Assembly: GCA_963781585.1 (NCBI GenBank)
Contig: CAWAGQ010000013.1
Coordinates: forward strand, 416,001-480,000
Reading direction: 5' to 3'
DNA: 64,000 nt
Source: an uncultured Gemmatimonadaceae bacterium
GTDB taxonomy: Bacteria; Gemmatimonadota; Gemmatimonadetes; Gemmatimonadales; Gemmatimonadaceae
Within the stretch, counting starts at the first letter, position 1, and each line of letters opens with the position of its first letter. Made by a program: the position numbers and the translations under genes. The notes beneath the pieces are model-generated. The model saw nothing but the letters and a program-made list of their open reading frames with translations. It was not told the DNA's origin and did not search any database. Positions 51,062 through 59,236 of the stretch are shown piece by piece.

Positions 51062-51936
51062 CGCTGCGTCTCGCGTGCCCGCGCGACCGCCTGGGCGAGC
51101 GCACGACGGGTGAGCACATTCACCAGCTCGCGACGGAAACCGGCCGATCCCCGGATATCGGTCACCGGCAACGCCTCCTCGGCGCATAGCGCGCCCGCGA
51201 GCGCAAACAGCTCGTCCGAGACGGACTCCCCCTCCAGGACCTTCATCGCGCGCACCGCCAGGAGGGGCACCGGCGCCGCCGCACCTAACGCTATCCGGGC
51301 GCCCGAGATGCTCGCGCCGTCCAGCACCACGCGCGCCGCGACCGCCGCGACCGCAAGCGCTGCGCCGCGCCGGCGGGCGAAGCGCTGGTAACTCGCCCCC
51401 GAACGCGCCGGTTGCGCGGGAACGATTACCTCCACGAGCACTTCACCAGGACCGAGCACCGTGCGACGTGGACCGATGAAGAAGTGCTCGGCGTCGATCT
51501 CGCGCCCACCATCGGGGCTCATCGTCCGGACGCGCGCCTCGCCGACGATCGCCACGGGGGGCGTGTCCGCGCACGGCACGGCCCGGCAGAAATTCCCGCC
51601 GATCGTCGCCAGGCTCCGGATCTGCGGGCTGCCGAGCACGCGCGCCGCTTCGGCCAGCGCCGGAAACCAGGAGCCAACAAGCGGCGACCTCGCCACCTCG
51701 GCGATGGACGTCAGGGCGCCGATGCGGAGCAGCCCGTCCGCCGCGCGAATGCCGCGCAACTCGGCGACGCCGTCGAGCGCGATCAGGTGCCGGGCCGACT
51801 CCCGCTCTCTATGGTAGTCCGGCAACAGTTCGGTCCCGCCGGCCAGGAATGCGCCATCGGGTCCCAAACGCCGACCGAGCGCGCAGGCTTCGGCCAGGCT
51901 GTTGGGGCGATAATAGGCGAGCGCCCCGTTGCTCAT
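51058..51936 (-). CDS. FAD-binding medium subunit of a xanthine-oxidase-family enzyme (CoxM/HcrB-like)
   Basis: LAGGTEL, GSPQIRSLATIGGN, DIRGSAGFRR. Confidence 0.88.
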   Translation of the reverse strand: MSNGALAYYRPNSLAEACALGRRLGPDGAFLAGGTELLPDYHRERESARHLIALDGVAELRGIRAADGLLRIGALTSIAEVARSPLVGSWFPALAEAARVLGSPQIRSLATIGGNFCRAVPCADTPPVAIVGEARVRTMSPDGGREIDAEHFFIGPRRTVLGPGEVLVEVIVPAQPARSGASYQRFARRRGAALAVAAVAARVVLDGASISGARIALGAAAPVPLLAVRAMKVLEGESVSDELFALAGALCAEEALPVTDIRGSAGFRRELVNVLTRRALAQAVARARETQR

Positions 51937-52418
51937 TCCGTCGCCCTCCACTGGGTCCGCACCGGCATTTCGAGCACCAGCCGCGGAACCGGCGCGAAGC
52001 CGGACCGGGCGAAGAACCCCATCAGCTCGAGCTCGTCCCAGGCCACCTCCGTGCGCAGTCGCTCAATGCGCAGCGCGACGAGGTTGAGCATGAGCTGCTC
52101 GAGCAATGCCGCGCCGATGCCACGCCGCACGAACGAGCGATCGACCAGCACCGTGTCGAGGATCGCCACCGGTTCCGGCTGGCCGAACTCGCCGTAGTGC
52201 ACCGATGCGAGCAGCGCGCCAACGAGCGTGCCGTCCACCTCGGCGCCCAGCGATATGTTCACGTCGGTATCATCGAGGGCCCGCCGGACCTTCCCCTGGT
52301 ACCAGGTCTGACGGCTCCGGCCGCTGATCTCGAGGTCCATCTTCACGAGACGCGGGCAGTCCTCGAGCCGGAGCGTCCGGATCGAGGGTTCGGCGCCTAG
52401 TTCGACGATGCGGTCCAT
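51933..52418 (-). CDS. GNAT acetyltransferase (BadL-like position)
   Basis: VLVDRSFVRRGIGAALL acetyl-CoA binding motif, FFARSGF. Confidence 0.8.
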   Translation of the reverse strand: MDRIVELGAEPSIRTLRLEDCPRLVKMDLEISGRSRQTWYQGKVRRALDDTDVNISLGAEVDGTLVGALLASVHYGEFGQPEPVAILDTVLVDRSFVRRGIGAALLEQLMLNLVALRIERLRTEVAWDELELMGFFARSGFAPVPRLVLEMPVRTQWRATE

Positions 52419-53248
52419 GCCACGCTTCCCTGTCCGAGCTTTCGATAGCGGAACCCGCCCCACAACGCCGCGCCCAATGCGCCGGCGAAGATCGCCATTT
52501 CGTGCGTGACAACCTCGCGGGTCGCGGTCGGTCCCGGCTTCTTCTCCAGTGCATCGCGCAGCGCCTGGATCATCCCGATATCCGACGCCAGCCCGCCGCT
52601 CACGAACACCGCACCGTCGCCCGGCAGCGATCGCAGCAGGCGCGCGAACCGGTCGGCCATGCTCTCGTGCACGCCGCGCAGGATGTCGGCGGTCGTGATG
52701 CCGCGCGACACCATGTTGATCACGTCCGTCTCGGCCAGCACGGCGCAGATCGAGCTGACCTTCTCCGGACGCTGCGCCTGCAGCGACAGTTCCCCGATCT
52801 CGTCGTGCGAGACGCCGAGGTAGCGGGCGATGTTCTCGAGGAACTGTCCCGATCCTGACGCGCACTGGCTGGTCATCTTGTAGTCCAGCACGCGGCCGCG
52901 GTCGTCCATCGCGACCGCCCGCGTGTGCAGCGCGCCCACATCGAGGACCGCGCGGGCCCGGACGTCGAGATAGAGGGCGCCGCGGGCGTGCGTCGTCATG
53001 CCGTAGAAGTGACCCGTGGCGTACGGGAAGTCGCCCCCCTCGCCGGTAGTGGCGATGTAGTGGATTTCGTCGACGCCGGATCCTTCCACGACCTCCCGGA
53101 ACACTTCGTCGACCACCTTCGCCACCTCGCGACGGCGGAGCCGCGCCGCGCCGTGCGCCAGCAGCGTCTCTTCGCCGGCACCGTCAGTGCGCATCAGGGC
53201 AGCCTTCACCGCGCCGCTGCCGACGTCGAGTCCGGCCGTGATGTGCAT
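52397..53248 (-). CDS. bcrD: Benzoyl-CoA reductase subunit D
   Basis: ATTGEG, FYGMTTHARGA, KMTSQCASGSGQFLENIARYLG, SICAVLAETDVINMVSRG. Confidence 0.93.
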   Translation of the reverse strand: MHITAGLDVGSGAVKAALMRTDGAGEETLLAHGAARLRRREVAKVVDEVFREVVEGSGVDEIHYIATTGEGGDFPYATGHFYGMTTHARGALYLDVRARAVLDVGALHTRAVAMDDRGRVLDYKMTSQCASGSGQFLENIARYLGVSHDEIGELSLQAQRPEKVSSICAVLAETDVINMVSRGITTADILRGVHESMADRFARLLRSLPGDGAVFVSGGLASDIGMIQALRDALEKKPGPTATREVVTHEMAIFAGALGAALWGGFRYRKLGQGSVAWTASSN

Positions 53249-54516
53249 CAGCTCACCATCCGGCTCGCGAACAGCGCCGCGCCCAGCGCACCGGTATAGA
53301 TGCTGTCGGGCGAGATGTTGAGCGTCCGTTCGCCATAGTTTTCCCGCACCAGATCGTGGATCGCGCGCACCGCGGCGGGATTCTTCGCCACGCCGCCGGT
53401 GAACGTGAATTCGTCGAACACGCCGCCCGAGCGCGCCAGCAGGCTCATGGCCCGGATCACGATCGCCCGGTGCAGGCCGGCCAGGATGTCCTCGCGGCGC
53501 TCACCTAACGACAGTCGCTCGCGCAGCTCGGCGCCGGCGAACACCGTGCAGGTGGAGTTGATCTTGACCCGCCGCTTCGCCTGCTCGGCCAGCGGACCCA
53601 GCTCGTGCAGGCCGAGGTTCATCTCGTCGGCGATGTACCCCAGATAGCGGCCGCACCCCGCGGCGCAGCGGTCGTTCATCTGGAAGCTGGTAACGATGCC
53701 CTGGCCGTCCACCTGGATCGCCTTGGTGTCCTGCCCGCCGATGTCCAGCACGGTCCGCGTGGCCGGGAACATCGCGTGCGCGCCCAGTCCATGGCACAGG
53801 ATCTCGGAGCGGATCTGCTCCTTGGGGAAGGGCAGCCGCGCGCGGCCGTATCCGGTTCCCACCGTCGCCGCCGGCGTGAGGTCCATGGTCGCCGCGAATT
53901 CCACCGCCTCCGCCAGCGCCGGCCGATCGACCCGCTTGAGGGCCGATCCGATATGGTCGCGGAAGTCCAGCTCGAGCGGTTCATTCTCCACGCGGATGAT
54001 GCACTTGTCGTAGGCGCCGACCAGCCGCTCGTGGCTGGCCCCACCCGGGTCCGCCAGCTGCTCGGCGAAACGCATGAACGCCGAGCCCGCGGCGTCGCGG
54101 AAGAAGTCCGAGCGCAGCATCGGTGGCTGCCTGAAACGCGCCTCCTCCTCGCTCGCGATCCGCCGGCAGATCTCGGAGAGCGTCGCCGACAGGGGCGCCT
54201 TCAACGCCGCCGGTGCGGACTTCTCGACCTCGTCCAGCATCAGCTGATCGAGCCGGCGAAGCTGATGGAGCATCTGCTCCAGTACGAACGCCCGCCGCAG
54301 CCGACTGACCGCCGCCGCCGCGCGGTCGTCGCCCGCGCGTTGCTCCACCAGCGCGAACCGGGCGTTGATGAACGCCTCGGTCTTGGCGACTGCGGCCGCG
54401 AGGTCGTAGTTCGATCGTGAGTTGGTGATGCCACGCCCCAGCACCTGGCGGTGCTCGTCGAGAATGAGCGCCTTGGTGGTGGTGGAGCCGAGGTCGATTC
54501 CGACGACGCAGCTCAT
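53248..54516 (-). CDS. bcrA: Benzoyl-CoA reductase subunit A
   Basis: GIDLGSTTTK, GRGITNSRSNY, RSEILCHGLGAH, MNDRCAAGCGRYLG, NSTCTVFAG. Confidence 0.93.
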   Translation of the reverse strand: MSCVVGIDLGSTTTKALILDEHRQVLGRGITNSRSNYDLAAAVAKTEAFINARFALVEQRAGDDRAAAAVSRLRRAFVLEQMLHQLRRLDQLMLDEVEKSAPAALKAPLSATLSEICRRIASEEEARFRQPPMLRSDFFRDAAGSAFMRFAEQLADPGGASHERLVGAYDKCIIRVENEPLELDFRDHIGSALKRVDRPALAEAVEFAATMDLTPAATVGTGYGRARLPFPKEQIRSEILCHGLGAHAMFPATRTVLDIGGQDTKAIQVDGQGIVTSFQMNDRCAAGCGRYLGYIADEMNLGLHELGPLAEQAKRRVKINSTCTVFAGAELRERLSLGERREDILAGLHRAIVIRAMSLLARSGGVFDEFTFTGGVAKNPAAVRAIHDLVRENYGERTLNISPDSIYTGALGAALFASRMVS

Positions 54517-55787
54517 GCGGTCTTCCCCAGACGACGCGCGTCGATCATCTGGAAGTAGCTCTCGAGACGGTTCTTGATGTTCGCCGCCGAGAAGTAGCGC
54601 GGATCCACCAGGTCCGACTCGATGAACGCCCCCGGTATTCCGGTCCGCTTCTCGACTTCCCGCAGGATCACGAGCTGCCCCGCGGAGAACGAATTGCACG
54701 ACTTCACCGAATTGATCAGGAATCCGTCAGCGTCGTACTCGCGCACGTAGTTCGAGAGCATGTCGATTCGCGACGGCAGGTTGAGGTTCGTGTAGCAGCC
54801 GCTGCAGTAGTCAGCCAGCGTGCCGAGCGGATCGGCGGCATTGTGGCGGAATCCGAAATCGTAGGTCCCGCCCACCTTCGTATAGGTGGAGGCGACCACC
54901 ACCGCAGCTTCGTCGGTGAACATCTTCCAGAAGTCGCGGAAGTGGGTCCAGTTGGGCGGTCCCTCGACCACCAGCCGATACCGCTGGTCGTTGAGCGGCC
55001 CGTCGGGAGTGACCGGTCCCAGTCCCGATGCCACACGCGCGTCGATCTCCTCTCGCAGCGCGCGATAGTACTCGACGCCTTCCGGCGTTCCGCGAAAGGC
55101 ACTGAAGATCGGCCCGACGTAGTACACGGTGCCGAAGTACCCATCGATCGGACTCGGCTTGTGCTTCGCCGACTGCAGCACCGCAACGAGGTCGTCCTCC
55201 GCCTGTGCGGCGAGCGACAGTCCCGCCCGGAGCTTGTCCTCATCGTACCTGCGGCCGGTGGCGCGCTCGAGTGCGGGGATCACCTGCTCGCGAAGCTGCC
55301 GCAGCATGTACTCGCGGTGCTCGGGCTCGAGCTTGCCGTCGCCCTGATAGGGCACGTGGAAGAACACCGCCGGACAGTCGTACTCCTGGCGCAACAGCTC
55401 GAACCACTTCATGAACGTGTAGCAGCCGGTGTACGACAGCAGAAGCAGATCGGGCTTGGGCAGCCTCGTGCCCGCCGGACTGATGTTGCCCGATTTCAGC
55501 ATGCCGATGTCGCACTTCACATAGGTGCACACGTCCTCCGAGTGCCCGGCGCGCTCGGCCTCGGCGATGTAGTCGCCCGAGAGCTTCCGCATCCCCGACT
55601 GCAGCGCGTTGATCTCGGGCAGCACGGGGAGTGCGCCGAACGAGCGAATCAGCTCGGTGAGATTGCCCGGTACGAACGTGTAGACCACCGGCTGGCCCGT
55701 CTCCGGCGCCTGTTCCAGCTCGGCGAAGTGGCGGGCGATCATCTCCTTCTGGAGCACCATCGAGCGGTCCTTCTGGGCCACGGTCAT
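54513..55787 (-). CDS. bcrB: Benzoyl-CoA reductase subunit B
   Basis: TFVPGNL, EDVCTYVK, SYTGCYTFMKWFE, EGPPNWT, KSCNSFSAGQ, ESDLVDPRYF. Confidence 0.93.
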   Translation of the reverse strand: MTVAQKDRSMVLQKEMIARHFAELEQAPETGQPVVYTFVPGNLTELIRSFGALPVLPEINALQSGMRKLSGDYIAEAERAGHSEDVCTYVKCDIGMLKSGNISPAGTRLPKPDLLLLSYTGCYTFMKWFELLRQEYDCPAVFFHVPYQGDGKLEPEHREYMLRQLREQVIPALERATGRRYDEDKLRAGLSLAAQAEDDLVAVLQSAKHKPSPIDGYFGTVYYVGPIFSAFRGTPEGVEYYRALREEIDARVASGLGPVTPDGPLNDQRYRLVVEGPPNWTHFRDFWKMFTDEAAVVVASTYTKVGGTYDFGFRHNAADPLGTLADYCSGCYTNLNLPSRIDMLSNYVREYDADGFLINSVKSCNSFSAGQLVILREVEKRTGIPGAFIESDLVDPRYFSAANIKNRLESYFQMIDARRLGKTA

Positions 55788-56954
55788 CAGGCGGTCCCCC
55801 AGAGTTTTATGGAATCGGAGAAGGTCCCCGCCTGTTCGCGGAATTGCTGGAATTGCCCGGTGTTCTCCGCGTACTTGAAGGCGATGCACGGGATGCCGGA
55901 CTGCTCCGCGCCGGCGCGCAGCATCGGCTGGTCGAGCAACGACGGATCGCAGAAGCTCGGCGCCGCGAAGATGATGCCGTCGGCCCGGGCCGCATCGACC
56001 CGTTCTTTCATCAGGCGTTTCTTGCCGCCTGCGTCGCCTTCATACAGGATCGAGGTCCGCAGCTCCGTATGTACGAACGACTCGGCCAGCGCGCGCACCG
56101 GGTCGTCGTCCAGGGCCACCGGGCGGGTGAGAAACCGATTCCCCAGCATGAAGTCGTCGTCGACGATGTAGCACCCGGCGCGTTCGATCGACATGATGAG
56201 ACCGAGCGGAGGCTGCTCGCAGAACGCCCCCGCAATCACTACCCGGCTGTTGTCGCGCGGGCGGCGCGGATCCGCTTCCACCGCGGTCAGAAAGCGACGC
56301 GCCATCGCCAGGAACTCGTCAGGCGGCACGACCTCGCCGGCCCGAAGCAACAGGTACAATTCCTCGGTCGACACATCCCAGGGACGATCCCGCCGCACGC
56401 GGTACAACGCGCGTATCATCTCCCGCATCTCGTTGTAGACCGCGATCGAACGGCGGAGGTCGTCGTCCGACGCGGGCTGACCGGCCACCCGCTCGAAGAT
56501 CCTGCCGCAGCCGCCGCAGCTCGCTCTCCCAGAAGTCGGCTGCCGCCGCGGGATCGGGCACCTGTGGTACGTCGAGGTAGCGCACGTACAGATCGGGGTA
56601 GAGCAACTTCCAGATCCCCGACAGATTGCGGATGACGTCGCAGGTGGAAGGGAAGAGGACCGCCGAGAGCATGTCGAGTCGACCCGACTGCGCCAGCTCG
56701 ATCACCGACCGCGGCAGGTGACAGATATACGATTGATAGAAGGCGTCCCCGCGGATGATCTCGAGGCGGTCGCCGCCGCCGTGAATCCCCACCGGGAGAA
56801 ACCCGCAGGCGTGCAGGATCTCGCGCGGCGCGTAGACGGGGAGGTAGCCACCCGCCTTGCGACCGGGATGCTCGCCCAGCCACCGCCTGACCGCGGTGAA
56901 ATCCAGGTCCTCGTACAGATCCCGCGCCCAATCGACGATCTCAGCGCGCGTCAC
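55787..56954 (-). CDS. bcrC: Benzoyl-CoA reductase subunit C, split by a 1-nt frameshift near 56496
   Basis: GDAFYQSYICHLPRS, STCDVIRNLSG in the first frame; FCEQPPL, SFCDPSL, FKYAENTGQ in the second. Deleting one T from GATCTTCGAG restores DLERVAG. GTG 56954 has a GGAGG RBS. Confidence 0.88.
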
Positions 56955-57069
56955 CGTCGCCTCCAGGCTGGCTGGGGCCGGCCGGCGTCCCGATGCGTCA
57001 GGAGCCAGCCAGAAGAACTCGAGATGGTGCGATCTTCGGTATTTGTACGGCTTCCCGTGAGTCAAAACC

Positions 57070-57189
57070 GAACGAACGTTCCATAGGCGCTAGCATAGAA
57101 CTGCATCCTCCTGCGTCAAGAGGGAGGAAGCTGACACGTGGAATTCCGCCGACTGCGGACGCGAATTTTGCGATCGAACGTTCGGCAAA
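57070..57189. promoter_or_regulatory. Divergent promoter region with two GAWCG-AA-CGTTC inverted repeats
   Basis: GAACGAACGTTC 57070-57081 and GATCGAACGTTC 57172-57183, the second flanked by TTTGC/GCAAA; locally AT-richer. Confidence 0.6.
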
Positions 57190-57208
57190 TTCCTGAAGGG
57201 GCCAAACC

Positions 57209-59230
57209 GTGGGTTTTCGCTTCAAGGGTCTCGCCTTCGAGCGCGTCGGGGTCGTCGGGTCCGGTCAAATCGGTCCCGACATCGCGCTCTATTTCGCCAA
57301 GGCATTGCACGAATACGGCGTGTCAGTGGTGGTGGTCGACGTCTCTGGCGACGCGTTGGCGCGGGGGCGATCGAAGCTCGAGCAGAAGGTCACGAAGGGG
57401 AGGGAATCGGGCGCCTTCTCGCCAGCCGCCGCCGAGGCGATCCTGAGCAGCGTCACCTTTACCACCGACGACGAATCGATTCGCGGTGCGGGTCTGATCG
57501 TGGAGGCCGCGACCGAGAACCTCGACGTCAAGCGCCGGATTTTCGCCCGACTCGAGGACCTCACGGACCCAGCGGCGATCCTCGCCTCGAACTCATCGCA
57601 CATCGAGCCGGACGAGATCTTCACCGGGCTCCGCCACCAGGACCGGGCGCTGGTCATCCACTACTTCTTCCCGGCCGAGCGGAACCCACTCGTTGAAATC
57701 GTCCCTTCCCGGCACGTGGGCGATGCGCTCGTCCGCCAGGTGATGGCGCTGTACGAGGCGATCGGGAAGGTCCCCGTTCGCGTGGCGAGTCGGTACGGCT
57801 ACGCCGTGAATCCGGTGTTCGAAGGACTCTTTCTCGCCGCCGCGCTCGCGGTCGAAGCGGGACTGGGAACGACGAAGGAGGTCGACATCGCCGCGCGCGG
57901 TGCGCTGGGCCTCGGTGTGGGGCCGTTCACGGCGATGAATCTCACCGGCGGCAACCCGATCACTGATCACGCGCTCGACGAGATGCACCTGCGCTTCGGC
58001 GCCTGGTGGCGCTCGCCCGCCCTCATGAAGGAGGCAATGTCGTCGGGGCGGCCGTGGGACGTCGCGAAACGGGACGAGCGCGTCTCGATCCCGGAAGAGC
58101 GCGAACGCAGAATCGTCGGCGTCATGCAGGGAGCGTACCTCGGTCTTGTCGGACAGATCCTCGACACCGGCATCATCACCCCTGGTGACATGGAGTTGGC
58201 GGTGGAGGTCGGCCTCGTAATGCGTCCGCCGCTCGCGTTCATGAACGAACTTGGCGTGGACCGTGCGCTGTTGCTGGTCGAGGCGTATGCCGCGGACCAT
58301 CCCGGGTTCCCGGTGCCGCGATTCCTCGTCGACCAGGCACGCACCGCCCGGCCATTCCCCGTCGAGCACGTCGTGAGGCGCGACGACCGCGACGTGGCCG
58401 TGCTCACGATACGCCGGCCGCAGGTTCTGAACGCGCTCAGCGACGACGTGTACGCCGAGCTGTACGATCGGTTTGCTGCGCTGCGCGATGACCCGGCGAT
58501 TGCGGCGGTTGTGCTCACCGGCTTCGGTACCAAGGCCTTCGTTTCCGGCGCTGACGTCAAATTCCTGTCGAGCATCGATTCGCCACAGGTCGGGTTGGAG
58601 ACGTCGGAGCGCTCGAAGCGAACTGGCGATCTCATCGAGCATCTCGGCAAGCCGGTGATCTGCGCGCTCAACGGCTTTGCGATGGGCGGCGGCAACGAGC
58701 TGGCGATGTGCTGCTCGGCGCGGCTGGTGAAGAAGGGGCTGAAGCTCGCCGTCTCGCAACCCGAGGCGAATCTGGGCATCATCCCGGGCGCCGGGGCAAC
58801 GCAGCGCCTCCCGAGACTGGTGGGCGTCGAACGGGCGGCCGGGCTGCTCCGGACCGGTCGTGGATTGTCGTCGCGTGAGGCAGTGGAGTGCGGTCTCGCG
58901 CGTGAAGAGGTCGAGGGGGACGTGGTGGAAGCGGCGGTATCGCTGGCGCGCGCTGCGGCGCGTGGCGACATCTGCCTGACGACGATCGATCCGGCGCCGC
59001 TCGACACGCCGGCGTCAGTCCCGCCGGTCGACATCGGTCACCTGAGTCGCGCGATCGATGCGCTCCTGTGCCGCGCCGTCATCGAAGGGTGCCGGAAGCC
59101 GCTGGCCCAGGGGCTGCGCTTCGAGTCGGAGCTGTTCGGTGCGTGCTGCGCGACTGAGGATATGCGGATCGGCGTGCGCAATTTCCTCGAGAACGGACCC
59201 CTGGTGAAAGCCGTGTTCGTGCATCGGTGA
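57209..59230 (+). CDS. 3-hydroxyacyl-CoA dehydrogenase / enoyl-CoA hydratase fusion
   Basis: GSGQIG, VEAATE, ASNSS, HYFFP; C-terminal crotonase AFVSGAD, GGGNELA, QPEANLGIIPGAGATQRL. Confidence 0.9.
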   Translation: MGFRFKGLAFERVGVVGSGQIGPDIALYFAKALHEYGVSVVVVDVSGDALARGRSKLEQKVTKGRESGAFSPAAAEAILSSVTFTTDDESIRGAGLIVEAATENLDVKRRIFARLEDLTDPAAILASNSSHIEPDEIFTGLRHQDRALVIHYFFPAERNPLVEIVPSRHVGDALVRQVMALYEAIGKVPVRVASRYGYAVNPVFEGLFLAAALAVEAGLGTTKEVDIAARGALGLGVGPFTAMNLTGGNPITDHALDEMHLRFGAWWRSPALMKEAMSSGRPWDVAKRDERVSIPEERERRIVGVMQGAYLGLVGQILDTGIITPGDMELAVEVGLVMRPPLAFMNELGVDRALLLVEAYAADHPGFPVPRFLVDQARTARPFPVEHVVRRDDRDVAVLTIRRPQVLNALSDDVYAELYDRFAALRDDPAIAAVVLTGFGTKAFVSGADVKFLSSIDSPQVGLETSERSKRTGDLIEHLGKPVICALNGFAMGGGNELAMCCSARLVKKGLKLAVSQPEANLGIIPGAGATQRLPRLVGVERAAGLLRTGRGLSSREAVECGLAREEVEGDVVEAAVSLARAAARGDICLTTIDPAPLDTPASVPPVDIGHLSRAIDALLCRAVIEGCRKPLAQGLRFESELFGACCATEDMRIGVRNFLENGPLVKAVFVHR

Positions 59231-59236
59231 GCCGGT

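Noticed and set aside
35402..59230. Aromatic cluster as a recent genomic island
   Set aside because: No integrase, transposase, tRNA or flanking direct repeats; similar GC and the host octamer is present.
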